64,000 nt of DNA from Candidatus Krumholzibacteriota bacterium (lineage in GTDB: Bacteria > Krumholzibacteriota > Krumholzibacteriia > JAJRXK01). This document shows, in pieces, positions 53,729 through 64,000 of the stretch (position 1 is its first letter; the number at the start of each line of letters is the position of its first letter). The stretch spans positions 1 to 64,000 of the forward strand of contig CAWDWO010000033.1 of NCBI GenBank assembly GCA_963806035.1. Direction: 5' to 3'. A program made the translations under genes and the position numbers. The notes beneath the pieces were generated by a model. The model was not told the DNA's origin. It saw nothing but the letters and a program-made list of their open reading frames with translations, and made no database searches.

Positions 53729-56230
53729 ATGGCGGAAGAATTCAAAGAGCGAATTCAGACGGTAAACATCGAAAACAAGATGAAGTCCGCGTATCTGGAC
53801 TATTCGATGTCCGTGATCATATCGCGTGCCCTCCCCGACGTTCGCGACGGACTCAAACCGGTACACCGGCGAGTCCTCACCGCGATGAACGACCTGAACC
53901 TCTCACCGGGCCGGCCCTATCGCAAGAGCGCGAAGATCACCGGTGACACCACCGGTAACTATCATCCGCACGGAACCGCCGCGGTGTACGACACTCTGGT
54001 GCGCATGGCGCAGGATTTTTCTCTGCGCTATCCCCTGGTCGACGGACAGGGAAACTTCGGATCGATCGACGGAGACAGCCCCGCGGCCGAGCGATACACC
54101 GAGGCGCGGCTTGCTCCCTTCGCGATGGAGCTCTTGCAGGATCTCGACAAGGAAACCGTCGACTTCATTCCCAACTACGACGGCTCGCGCGAGATGCCTT
54201 CGGTCTTGCCCAGCGCGATTCCCAACCTGCTGGTGAACGGAAGCACGGGCATCGCGGTGGGGATGGCCACCAATTGTCCGCCGCACAATTTGTGCGAGAT
54301 CGTGGACGGGCTGATCGCGCTGCTCGACGATCCGGAGCTGGAAGCCATCCAACTTCTGGACCACGTGAGTGGACCCGATTTCCCCACCGGCGGGATCATC
54401 CACGGACGGCAGGGCATCCGTCGACTACATCGCGACGGGACGCGGGCGCATCGTGATGCGCGCGCGCTGCGAGTACGAGGAGACTCAAGAACGGTCGCGA
54501 GGCGATCATCGTCACCGAGATCCCCTACTACGTGAACAAGTCGGAGTTGATCCAGAAGATCGCGCAACACGTGCGCACCGGGATCATCGAGGGCATTGCC
54601 GACCTGGCTGACGAGAGCGACCGCAAGGGAATGCGCATCGTGATTCAGCTGAAGAAAGACGCCCATCGCGACGTGGTGCTCAACCAACTCTTCAAGCACA
54701 CGAACATGCAGTCCACCTTCGGCGTCAACAACATCGCTCTGGTGGGCACGCAGCCGAAGCTTCTGAGCCTCAAGGACATGATGTCCGAGTATCTGAAGTT
54801 TCGCGAAGAGGTCGTGGTTCGAAGAACAGAATTCGAGCTGCGCAAGGCCGAGGCGCGTGCGCACATCCTCGAGGGCTACCGCATTGCGCTGGATAACATC
54901 GACGAGATCGTCGACGCTCATCAAGCAGAGACCCGGACGGCCCCACCGCGCGCGAGCGCCTCATGGAGCGCTTCGGACTCAGCGAGATCCAGGCCCAGGC
55001 GATTCTCGACTTGCGACTGCAGCGCCTGACCGGCCTCGAACGCGACAAGATCGAGGAGGAGTACCTGGAGCTGATCCAGGAGATCGAGCGGCTGCAGCAG
55101 CATTCTCGCCAGCCGCAGCATGCAGCTCGGCATCATCCGGGACGAGCTCCTGGAGATTCGAGAGAAGTTCGGAGACGAACGCCGCACGGAAATCGTGGAC
55201 GTCGAAGGGAGACCTCTCGATCGAGGACCTCATCCCCGAAGAGGACATGGTGGTGACGCTCAGTCGCGAGCCAGTACATCAAGCGCCTGCCGGCCGACAC
55301 GTACCGTGTCCAGGGCCGCGGGGGCCGGGGCATGGGCGCCACCAAGCATGAAGGAAGAGGACTGGGTCGAACACCTCATCGTCGCCAACACCCACGACCA
55401 AGTACTGTTGTTTACCAACCAGGGCCGGGTATTCAGTCTAAAAGTTTACCAGATTCCGGAGGCCAGCCGCGCGGCGCGCGGGAAGGCCGTGGTGAACATC
55501 CTCCAACTCGCGAAGGGCGAGAAGGTTCGGGCGATGGTCCGCGTCCACGGCGAATTCGATTCCGATCAGTAGTCTCATGTTACGCGACGGCCAGCGGCAT
55601 GGTCAAGCGGACCTCCCTCGATCAGTTCACGAACATCCGTTCCAACGGGATCCGGGCCATCGAGTATCGTTGGAGGGGGACGAACTCGATCGGGGTGCGG
55701 TTCACGGAGGAGGGTCAGGAGGCCATCCTCGGCGCTGCAGATCGGGCAAGTCGATCCGCTTCGACGTCGAAGATGCGCGCGCCATGGGGCGCACCGCTCG
55801 CGGCGTGAAGGGAATCGAGCTGGCTCCGGCGAGAAGATCGCCGTGGTGGCCATGGTCATCGTCGATCGAGAGAGCAGCGAAGAGGTCCGCCATAAGCTCC
55901 TCTGCGTGACCGAGAACGGATACGGAAAGCTCACTCCGCTCAGCGAGTACCGCAGCCAGAGCGCGGGGGCAAGGGCATCATCACCATGAAGACCAGCGCA
56001 GCGGAACGGCGCGTTGGTGGGCGTCCGCTCGCGCACGAGGAGGACGAGATCATGGTCGATCACCCGAGGTGGCATCGTGATCCGATGGATGGACGGGTAT
56101 CGTCAGCATGGGCCGGAACACCCAGGGCGTGAAGCTCATCAATCTGGACGAGGAGGACGTGGTGGCCACGGTGGCGCCGGTTGCCGAAAACTCCGAGCTC
56201 GAGGACGAAGACGAGGAAGAAAAAGCCTAG
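53729..56230 (+). CDS. gyrA: DNA gyrase subunit A, broken by many frameshifts (probably sequencing errors)
   Basis: [38 protein letters not shown], GyrA-box QGRGGRG (55311), GRNTQGV and acidic tail ending TAG at 56230. Frame changes at about a dozen or more sites from 54415 to 56110. Confidence 0.92.
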
Positions 56231-56233
56231 GCC

Positions 56234-57141
56234 CTAGCCGGCCTTGGGCCGCGCCAAGAAGGCGATCATCGCTTCCTCGGCCCGCGCAAAGGCAGACGAG
56301 CGCGCCAGAAAGCTCCACTCGCGCTCGGGAAAGAGAGCCCGGAGCTCCTTTGGGCTGAGGCGATGGCGCGCCCGGCGCGGCCCCGCGCGCGGAGGGTCCG
56401 GATCCCCCCGGCCTCGTCGTCGTCGCGCGCGTAGGTGCGCACGAACACGGCCCCCTGGGGCGTGAGCAGCCCACGCAGGCCCCCCATCAAAGTTTTTTCA
56501 TGAAATCGCACCATCAGCACCAGGCCGAAGGGCGCCTCGGCCAGGCCCTTGCGACCCGTCAAATTAAGTTGATGTATCACGAGCTGATCCTCCACGCCGT
56601 GGCGCCGTGCCCGGTCGAGGGCCAGATCCAGGGCATCCGGCAGACGGTCGTAGAGATGGACCCGATAGCCCCGGGCGGCCAGAAACACCGCATTGCGGCC
56701 GTTTCCCGCGCCCAGATCCGCCACCGGCCCCGCGTGTGGCGCCGGCAGCAGGCTCTCTAGTTCTTGCAGGTAGGGATCGGGACTCCACAGAGCGCCTCGG
56801 GCGGGCCCCGCTCGCAGGGGCAGCTCCTGCAGCGAGCCCGCGAAGTAGCGGGCCTCGTGGCCGCGCCGGAGCAGGTACTCGGCCGCGGCGCGCGCCCGCG
56901 CGGGCAGCGCATCGAAGACGACGAGGGGCGGCCCCGCCGCGGGCAGCATGTGGGCGGGAAGATCGGCCGCGAAATCGAGGGCGGCCCCCAGCGGCAGCGA
57001 GGCGCTCCCGGGCAGATGGTCGGCAGCGGAGCTAGCGGGTTCGCGCAGGTCCAGGATGCGGCAACCCCAACGGCGCGTCTCGTCGGCGAGGGCGAGAAGT
57101 TCAGAGGCGCTCGCGGTGCTGACGGTGGGGCGGGTCTCCAT
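56234..57141 (-). CDS. Rhodanese-like + TehB-like SAM methyltransferase fusion; probable frameshift near 56405
   Basis: ILDLRE....HLPGS rhodanese fold, VADLGAGNGRNAVFLAARG. Another frame continues RLSPKELRALFPEREW...* to 56234. Confidence 0.75.
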
Positions 57142-57230
57142 GGCGCACTACTCTAACAGAGAAGTTCTCATCCGCGGTAGCCTCGGCCGGCCCGCAGGCG
57201 CTAGTCTCCACGCGCGCTCTAGGAGGAAGC

Positions 57231-58469
57231 ATGGCCACCACCAAGATCAAGGATCCGGTCGAGGGGCTCATCGACCTGGACCGTCTCCCGGGCGTGCCGG
57301 CGTCGTCGGTGCGCGCGCTCATCGACGCTCCCGAGCTGCAGCGCCTGCGTCAGATCAAACAGCTCGGCTTCACCGAGCTGGTCTATCCCGGCGCCACCCA
57401 TACCCGTTTCGCCCACAGCCTGGGCGCGTTCCAGGGTTGCCAGCGCACGATGCGCCAGCTGAGCGCGGCGGGAGCCGAGCTTCCTCCCGAGTGGTTCATC
57501 GCCACCGCTCTGGCCTGTCTGCTGCACGACCTGGGCCACGGTCCCTTCAGCCACACCTTCGAGGCCGTTGTGCCGCGCAAGCACGAGGAGTGGACTCGTG
57601 AGCTGGTGACGAAAGGCCCCGTCGTGCCGTCCTGCCTCGAGAACATCCTGCCGGGCACGACGGATCGCGTGCACCAGCTGCTCAAGGGAATGGTGGAGGA
57701 CCCGGAACTCGCGTGGTTGTGTGACCTGGTTTCCAGCGCGCTGGACTGCGATCGCATGGACTATCTGCGGCGGGACTCCCTGCACACCGGCACGCGCTAC
57801 GGCGCGATCGACCGGGACTGGCTGATCCGGGCCATGGTTCCCAGCCGCGACCGGCGCGCCATTCTGGTGGTCGAGCAGGGGCGCAGCGCGGTCGAGCAGT
57901 ATCTCATCGGGCGCTACCACATGTTCCAGAACGTCTACTTGCACAAGACCGGGCGCGGCTTCGAGACGGCCTTCCGCGGGCTGTGTCGCCGGCTGCAGAT
58001 TCTCGGCCCCGACGCGACCCCCGAAGAGTGCCGGGTCATGCACATCCTGCACGAGAAGAACCTCTCGCTCGAGCGCTATCTCACTCTGACTGACGCCCAC
58101 TTCCTCGTCGACCTCGACGCGCTGGTGGAGCACGAGGATCGAACCGTGCGCGTTCTGGCCCGAGCGCTGCGCTTCCGCCGCCCCCTGCGCAGTGTTTCCT
58201 CCGACGGGGGGAGTGAGGCGCTGCAGGAAGAATTCGAGCGTCGGGGAGAGACGGCGCGCGCGGCCGGCCTGGACCCGAGTTGTGCGGTGTGGATCGATCG
58301 CGCGGCGGACGTTCCTTACCGCCCCTACTCGCCGAGCGAGGGACGCAAAGGACTGCGCGTGCGCACCACCTCCGGCCGTTTGGTGGACATCACCGAACTC
58401 AGCCCCACCCTGCGGGTGCTCGCTGAACCGGTGGTGGTGCATCGGCTGTACTGGGTCGAAGCGAAATGA
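57231..58469 (+). CDS. HD-superfamily phosphohydrolase (dNTP triphosphohydrolase-like)
   Basis: QRLRQIKQLG, YPGATHTRFAHSLG, LLHDLGHGPFSH, LD.DRMDYL.RD, VYLHK. Confidence 0.93.
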   Translation: MATTKIKDPVEGLIDLDRLPGVPASSVRALIDAPELQRLRQIKQLGFTELVYPGATHTRFAHSLGAFQGCQRTMRQLSAAGAELPPEWFIATALACLLHDLGHGPFSHTFEAVVPRKHEEWTRELVTKGPVVPSCLENILPGTTDRVHQLLKGMVEDPELAWLCDLVSSALDCDRMDYLRRDSLHTGTRYGAIDRDWLIRAMVPSRDRRAILVVEQGRSAVEQYLIGRYHMFQNVYLHKTGRGFETAFRGLCRRLQILGPDATPEECRVMHILHEKNLSLERYLTLTDAHFLVDLDALVEHEDRTVRVLARALRFRRPLRSVSSDGGSEALQEEFERRGETARAAGLDPSCAVWIDRAADVPYRPYSPSEGRKGLRVRTTSGRLVDITELSPTLRVLAEPVVVHRLYWVEAK

Positions 58470-58471
58470 AG

Positions 58472-58499
58472 ACGCCCTCCGCCGTGGGCGGAGGGCGCT
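58472..58499. terminator. Hairpin between convergent HD gene and pntB
   Basis: CGCCCTCCGCC-GTG-GGCGGAGGGCG inverted repeat. Confidence 0.55.
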
Positions 58500-58545
58500 T
58501 GACTCAACGGCGGCGAGTGCTCTCACCCACCACTTGGGTTGCAGT

Positions 58546-59998
58546 CTAGAAGGACTCCTTCACCTCGTTGACGACCTCGGTGAGAACCTTCTTGGCGTCC
58601 CCGAACACCATGATCGCGTTGTCGTAGTCGAAGAGCTCGTTGCGGATGCCCGCAAACCCTGGCGACAGCGAACGCTTGATGATGAACACGGTCCGTGCCT
58701 CATGGACGTTGAGGATCGGCATGCCCGCGATGGGGCTCTTGGGATCGTTGATCGCGGCCGGATTGACCACGTCATTCGCCCCGAGAATGATGGCCACGTC
58801 GGTGGTCTTGAACTCGGGGTTGATGTCATCCATTTCGATGAGCTGCTCGTAGGGCACGTCCGCTTCCGCCAAGAGCACGTTCATGTGTCCGGGCATGCGC
58901 CCCGCCACCGGGTGGATGGCGTAGGACACCTTGGAGCCGTGCTTCTCCAGAAGATTGGCGAGCTCTTTGGTGACGTGCTGGGCCTGCGCGACCGCCAGGC
59001 CGTAGCCGGGCACGAAGACCACCGATTCGGCGTCTTCGAGAATCATCGCCATTTCCTCCGGAGAGGCCTGCTTGATGTTCGTGTAGCCCTCGCTCCCGCC
59101 GCCCGAGGTGTCACCACCGAAGCCGCCGATGAGCACGTTGCCCAGGCTGCGATTCATCGCCTTGCACATGATCTGCGAGAGGATGATGCCCGAGGCGCCC
59201 ACCAGAGAGCCCGAAACGATGAGCAGATTGTTGCGCAGAACGAAGCCGGTCATCGCGGCCGCGATGCCCGAGTAGCTGTTCAAGAGCGAGATGACCACCG
59301 GCATGTCGGCCCCGCCGATGGGAATGACGGTCATGACACCCAGAATGAGCGAGGCCGCCAACACGGCGAGACAGAGGCCGAGGACAAAGGTGCCCGAGTA
59401 ACTGCCGAAGGCGAGCATTCCCGCCACTGCCAGCGCGAAGACAAAGAGCACCAGGTTCAGGATGTGCCGTCCCGGGAGGAGGATCGGGTTGCCGGTCATC
59501 TTGCCGGCCAGTTTGGCATAGGCCACCAGACTCCCGGTCAGGGTCACCGCCCCCACCAAGAGAAAGGACTGTGGACACCGCCACATCCATCCCCCCCAGG
59601 ACCTGATGGACTTCCAGGACTCCGGTGTGACCGGGCATGGCCATGGTGTTGTGCACCGCGCGCCATACCACGCTCAAGCCCACCAGGGCGGAGGCCATCC
59701 CCCCGAAGCCGTTGAACACGGCCACCATCTCGGGCATCTGGGTCATCTGCACCCGGATGGCCGCGATGGCCCCGAGCAGACTTCCCAAAATCACGCCCGC
59801 GATCATGTAGCGATAATCGACGGACTGGGTGGCCCTGAGGTTGATGTCGAGCACGGTCAGCGCGATGGCCAGGAACATTCCGAAGCCAGCCAGCTGATTT
59901 CCATGACGTGAGGTGCGCACCTTCGAGAGGCGCTTGATTCCGAAAATGAAGAACGCGGTGGATACCAGGTATCCCAGAGGAATGAGGTTGCTCAACAT
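58546..59998 (-). CDS. pntB: NAD(P) transhydrogenase beta subunit; frameshift near 59555
   Basis: MTQMPEMVA.FNGFGG, GGADMPVVISLLNSYSG, PGYGLAVAQAQ, HPVAGRMPGHMNVLLAEA, GANDVVNP. Split across ORFs 59111-59998 and 58546-59586. Confidence 0.93.
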
Positions 59999-60001
59999 CG
60001 A

Positions 60002-60283
60002 CTACCCCTTCCTCTTGAACATCTGCAACATGCGATCGGTCACCATGAAACCACCCACCACGTTGATCATGGCCACGGTGATGGCGACGAAGCCGAGAAT
60101 GTTGGCCGTGCTCAGACGCCCGGTCTGCGCGCAATAGAGCGCGCCCACGATGGTGATGCCGGAAATGGCATTCGCTCCGGACATGAGCGGGGTGTGTAGA
60201 GTCGGCGGCACCTTCGTGATGAGCTCGACGCCCAAGAAGATGGCCAGCACGAAAACGGTGAGCCCCATCATGAATGGTGACAT
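60002..60283 (-). CDS. pntA: NAD(P) transhydrogenase alpha subunit, membrane part (alpha-2)
   Basis: VPPTLHTPLMSGANAISG, INVVGGFMVTDRMLQMF. Own ATG with GGAG RBS. Confidence 0.93.
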   Translation of the reverse strand: MSPFMMGLTVFVLAIFLGVELITKVPPTLHTPLMSGANAISGITIVGALYCAQTGRLSTANILGFVAITVAMINVVGGFMVTDRMLQMFKRKG

Positions 60284-60285
60284 GG

Positions 60286-61443
60286 CTACTGTTCTCCCTT
60301 CTCGCCCAAGGCCTCGGCCGTGGCGGCGTGGACGACCTTGCCCTCGTGAAGGACGGTGCATCCTCCGACGGCGGCGTCCTCGAGATCGACGCGGAAATTG
60401 CCCTCGCGATCCATCATGTCGCTGATGAGGTTCAGAATGTTCTTGGCGTACATCTCCGAGGAGTTCACGGGGATGAGCCCGGGAACGTTCTTCATCCCGA
60501 CCAGGGTGACACCGTGCTTCACCACGGTCTCGCCGGGAACGCTCAGCTCGCAGTTGCCGCCGGTCTCGACCGCGAGGTCGACGACCACCGAACCCACGCG
60601 CATGTTCTGCACCATCTCCTCGGTGACCAGCTTGGGAGCGGGCTTTCCGGGGATGGCCGCGGTGGTGATGACCACGTCGGCCTGTTCGATGCGCGCCTTC
60701 ACCAGCTCGCGCTGGCGGGCCAAGAACTCCGCGCTCTGCTCTTTGGCATAGCCGTCCTTGTCCTCGACCTCTTTGGCGTTCTCGTCGGGGGGAACTTCGA
60801 TGTACTTGCCGCCCAGGCTCTCCACCTGCTCCTTCACCGCCGGCCGCACGTCGCTCACTTCGACGATCGCGCCCAGGCGCTTGGCGGTCGCGACGGCCTG
60901 CAGGCCGGCCACGCCGGCGCCCAGGATGACCACGTGGGCCGGCTTGATGGTCCCGGCGGGGGTCGTCATCATGGGGAAGATTTTCGGCAGATGGTTGGCG
61001 GCCATGATCACGGCCTTGTAGCCGGAGATGTTGGCCTGAGAGCTGAGCGCGTCCATTTTCTGGGCGCGCGTGATGCGCGGCATGCAATCCATGGCCAGGC
61101 AGCTCATCTGCTTGGCCTTGAGGGATCTCACCAGATCCAGATTGCGGGTGGGCCAGAGGAAGGAGATGAGCAGGCTGCCCTGCTTCATCTGCTCCACTTC
61201 CTCGCTGGTTGGCGGATGAAATTTGAGCACCAGATCGGCGGCGCCATAGCCCGCGGGCGCATCGGTCACGATCGTCGCCCCGGCCTTACGGTAGGCGTCG
61301 TCGTTGATATAGGCACCCTCTCCGGCCTGGCTTTGAACCGAAACCGCGAAACCGGCCTTGATCAGCCGTGCCACGGTGTCAGGCGTCGCCGCCACCCGGG
61401 TCTCGCCAGGGTGTGTTTCCCTGGGAACGAAGGCGGTCAACAT
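60286..61443 (-). CDS. pntA: NAD(P) transhydrogenase alpha subunit, NAD(H)-binding domain I (alpha-1)
   Basis: ETRVAATP, PRITRAQKMDALSSQ, GAGVAGLQA, DGYAKE, VDLAVETGGNC. Confidence 0.95.
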   Translation of the reverse strand: MLTAFVPRETHPGETRVAATPDTVARLIKAGFAVSVQSQAGEGAYINDDAYRKAGATIVTDAPAGYGAADLVLKFHPPTSEEVEQMKQGSLLISFLWPTRNLDLVRSLKAKQMSCLAMDCMPRITRAQKMDALSSQANISGYKAVIMAANHLPKIFPMMTTPAGTIKPAHVVILGAGVAGLQAVATAKRLGAIVEVSDVRPAVKEQVESLGGKYIEVPPDENAKEVEDKDGYAKEQSAEFLARQRELVKARIEQADVVITTAAIPGKPAPKLVTEEMVQNMRVGSVVVDLAVETGGNCELSVPGETVVKHGVTLVGMKNVPGLIPVNSSEMYAKNILNLISDMMDREGNFRVDLEDAAVGGCTVLHEGKVVHAATAEALGEKGEQ

Positions 61444-61582
61444 GAAGATTCCGTCCCGGTTAAAGGAATAGAAGTGCAGCGATTTGCGCCCAAGAAGATA
61501 GTCGGACCCTTCCGGGGGTCCAAGACAATCCGTGGACCTCGTTCTCGAATTCAAATCCGGCCCTTTTGAGGCGCTGGCCTCC

Positions 61583-61612
61583 TTGACACCCCCCAAGGCC
61601 CGCGATTAGCTT
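61583..61612 (+). promoter_or_regulatory. Sigma70-type promoter for tRNA-His/hisS
   Basis: TTGACA-N18-TAGCTT, 12 nt before the tRNA. Confidence 0.6.
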
Positions 61613-61624
61613 AGACGCCCGCGT

Positions 61625-61701
61625 GCTGGCGTAGCTCAGCTGGTTAGAGCACCAGATTGTGGATCTGGGGGTCGGTGGTTCGAATCCACCCGCCAGTACC
61701 A
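61625..61701 (+). tRNA. tRNA-His (GTG), atypical: no G-1, with G1:U72 and A73
   Basis: GCTGGCG/CGCCAGT acceptor stem, anticodon arm CCAGA-TTGTGGA-TCTGG, GGTGG-TTCGAAT-CCACC T-arm, ACCA end. Confidence 0.95.
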
Positions 61702-61742
61702 TGCATCCTTCCTCGGCCCTTGAAGGCCCCAAACTCTCACTC

Positions 61743-63170
61743 ATGGCAAAGCGCATCGAAGCCAAGCTCGCCAAGGGAATGCGCGACATCGTCGGTGCGC
61801 CGATTCGGCGTCGGCAGCGCATGATCGAAACCGTCCAGGGCGTATTCGAGCGCTTTGGCTTCCAGCCGCTGGAAACCCCGATCATCGAGACTCGCGAAGT
61901 GCTCGTGGGCGCCAAGGCCGGCGAGACCTCCCAGCGCATTTTCAGCTGGCGGCACGAAGAGGAGGACGCGGAGCTGGGGCTCCGCTTCGATCTCACCGTT
62001 CCCTTGGCGCGTTTCGTGGCCGCGCACCCCGAGCTGCGCCGGCCCTTCAAGCGCTATCAGGTGGGCCCGGTCTTTCGCGTGGACAAGCCGGGCGCGGGGC
62101 GCTTCCGCGAATTCCTGCAGTTCGACATCGACACGGTGGGCAGCCGCTCCATGCTGGCCGACGCCGAGATTCTGGGCGCGATGAGCGAGGCCCTCAGAGC
62201 GCTGGGGCTGCCCGCGCACACCATTCGCTGGAACCACCGCGGCGTGCTGAACGCGGCCCTGCGCCGCGCGAAGATCGAGCCCAGCCGCGCCGCCGCCGTC
62301 ATCCGCATTCTGGACAAGGAAGACAAAATCGGGATCGAAGGGGTGCGCGGCGAATTGGGCGAAGGACGCACCGATCCCGAGTCGGGCGCGCCCATCCCCG
62401 GTCTCGGCCTCCCCGAGCAACAGATCCAGGCGTTGCGCGAATTTCTGCAGCTGCAGGATGAAACGGATGAGGGTCTGGTCGAAAAGTCCAAGGAGTTCTT
62501 GGCCGGCACGAAGGGCGCCGAGGCGGCGCTCAAGGAGATCGACGAGCTCAGGGCTCATTTGGAAGTCATGGGTTGCGCCGAGCGGGTGCGTTTCTCGCCC
62601 AATCTGGCGCGCGGCATGGATTACTACACCGGTCCCATCTTCGAGGCCACGCTCGACGAACTACCCGATTACGGTTCGATCATGGGCGGAGGCCGCTACG
62701 ACGAACTCGTCTCCCGCTTCAGCGGCGAGCAGCTGCCCGGGGTGGGGGCCTCGATCGGGGTGGACCGGTTGCTGGCCGCGCTCGACCAGCTCGAGAGCCG
62801 CAAGCAGAGCGGGACGGTGACCGAGGTGCTCGTCACCACGATGGACCGCAAACTCACCCTCACCTACCAGGCCTTGGTCCGCGAGCTGCGCGAAGCGGGT
62901 CTCAACGCGGAAATCTACCTGAATCCCAAGGCGCGCCTGGGCGACCAGCTCAAGTACGCCTCGTTCTGGCAAATTCCCTACGCCCTCATCGTGGGCGAGG
63001 ACGAGTTGAAGGAAGAAAAGGTCACGATCAAGGATCTCGAGGAAGGCGCGCGCGCGGCTTCGGGCATGGAGGATCGGGCCGAATGGGTCGAACAACGCCC
63101 CGGGCAGTTCTCGCTGGATCGCGCTAAGTTGGTTCAGACTCTCAAGAAACTTCTCGGGCACGGCAGCTGA
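61743..63170 (+). CDS. hisS: Histidyl-tRNA synthetase (alphaproteobacterial/eukaryote-like type)
   Basis: KGMRD, LRFDLTVPLAR, FRVDKPGAGRFREFLQFDID, LARGMDYYTG, GGGRYD. Confidence 0.96.
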   Translation: MAKRIEAKLAKGMRDIVGAPIRRRQRMIETVQGVFERFGFQPLETPIIETREVLVGAKAGETSQRIFSWRHEEEDAELGLRFDLTVPLARFVAAHPELRRPFKRYQVGPVFRVDKPGAGRFREFLQFDIDTVGSRSMLADAEILGAMSEALRALGLPAHTIRWNHRGVLNAALRRAKIEPSRAAAVIRILDKEDKIGIEGVRGELGEGRTDPESGAPIPGLGLPEQQIQALREFLQLQDETDEGLVEKSKEFLAGTKGAEAALKEIDELRAHLEVMGCAERVRFSPNLARGMDYYTGPIFEATLDELPDYGSIMGGGRYDELVSRFSGEQLPGVGASIGVDRLLAALDQLESRKQSGTVTEVLVTTMDRKLTLTYQALVRELREAGLNAEIYLNPKARLGDQLKYASFWQIPYALIVGEDELKEEKVTIKDLEEGARAASGMEDRAEWVEQRPGQFSLDRAKLVQTLKKLLGHGS

Positions 63171-63254
63171 CCCCCCGGCCCGCCCAGAGAATTTCGCCGC
63201 ACGCGCCCCCCTGCTCGCGCGGCTGGAATGCGCTGTGCTATAATTTTTGCTCTC

Positions 63255-64000
63255 ATGACCAGGTCCTTCCCATCCCATTTCAAACAAATTCTGGCCAGTA
63301 TCGGCGCAGTGGTATTGGTGTTGTGCGCCATGGAGATCGTGCTGCGCTTCTTCATCGCCAGCCCTTCGACCACCGAACCCGACCCGCAGTTCGAGTATTT
63401 TCAGCGCCCCTATTCGTACCAGGTATTCAGTTCGGAAGGCTATAGCCGGGCGCGCGCAAACCGCTTCGGTCTCAACGACGATGACCCCCTGCCGCGCAAA
63501 CCGCCCCTGCGCGCCCTCTTGATCGGCGACTCCTACACCGAAGCCATGCAGGTCTACCCTTCCCAGAATTTCGGCAGCGTGGCCCAGTCTCTCGTCAAGG
63601 GACTCGAGGTGTGCAACGCGGGGCACTCGGGATGGGGGCCACCCGACCTGATCGCTTTCGCCGAACTTCGCGGGCCGCAGTTTCATCCAGACGTGGTGGT
63701 GATTCAGCTCAACGACCTCGATCTTCAGGAGTTCTTCAAGCAAGGCAACGTGCATCTGAAGGCCGAGGGGGACAGCTGGAAAATGGTGGTTCCCACCCTC
63801 GTCGCGGACACCTCGACCAGCCACCAACTCCTGCGCAGCGCGCTTCAGCATTCGGCCCTGCTCACCCTGATGGGACGTCGCGGAGAGGCGCTGATCCACG
63901 AGGAGAAGGCCCGTCTGTCGCGGCACTTCCTCACGCGTCCCGCGAGCGCGTCGAACGGGCCCGAGGGGGACCCGTCGGAGGATCCGGATGCGGTCGATTC
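63255..64000 (+). CDS. SGNH/GDSL hydrolase-like membrane-anchored protein, 3' truncated
   Basis: Manual translation: N-terminal TM (AMEIVLR), NRFG, LLIGDSYTE, NAGHSGWG, PDVVVIQ. Extended -10 TGCTATAAT upstream. Confidence 0.8.
   Translation, partial: MTRSFPSHFKQILASIGAVVLVLCAMEIVLRFFIASPSTTEPDPQFEYFQRPYSYQVFSSEGYSRARANRFGLNDDDPLPRKPPLRALLIGDSYTEAMQVYPSQNFGSVAQSLVKGLEVCNAGHSGWGPPDLIAFAELRGPQFHPDVVVIQLNDLDLQEFFKQGNVHLKAEGDSWKMVVPTLVADTSTSHQLLRSALQHSALLTLMGRRGEALIHEEKARLSRHFLTRPASASNGPEGDPSEDPDAVD

Noticed and set aside
57231..58469. HD protein as an anti-phage dNTPase defence system
   Set aside because: It looks like the widespread housekeeping HD family and lies among core genes, with no defence-island context.
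60284..61087. Long N-terminal part of the 361-aa ORF 60002..61087
   Set aside because: Out-of-frame overlap with pntA alpha-1; only the last 93 aa are the real alpha-2 subunit.
61659..61742. N-terminal extension of HisRS in the ORF track
   Set aside because: It overlaps the tRNA-His gene; the ATG at 61743 is the plausible start.

Overview
GC-rich bacterial chromosomal window containing the replication origin. The core run is parB-parA-parS cluster-rsmG-jag-yidC-yidD-rnpA-rpmH / dnaA-oriC-dnaN-recF-DUF721-gyrB-gyrA. Also present: a complete F1Fo ATP synthase operon, a glyoxylate shunt (long ICL2-type isocitrate lyase plus malate synthase), a three-gene pntAB transhydrogenase, tRNA-Gln and tRNA-His + hisS, a MarR-TolC-EmrAB efflux operon and two ECF sigma/anti-sigma loci. 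Several secreted proteins end either in a FlgD-Ig/T9SS-like 'PNPF' domain or in a short 'ETxWGAxKxR[YF]' tail, a pattern suggesting an FCB-associated candidate phylum such as Krumholzibacteriota/Latescibacterota/Eisenbacteria (inference). Four observations stand out. (1) The tRNA-His lacks G-1:C73 (it has G1:U72 and A73) and is co-located with an alphaproteobacterial-type HisRS. (2) A three-gene cohesin/dockerin-like secreted scaffold cluster. (3) A shared C-terminal WG tail that may be a sorting signal. (4) DnaA boxes are shifted to TTATCCCCA, with substitutions in the DnaA recognition helix. Many single-base frameshifts, very dense in gyrA, look like long-read assembly errors.
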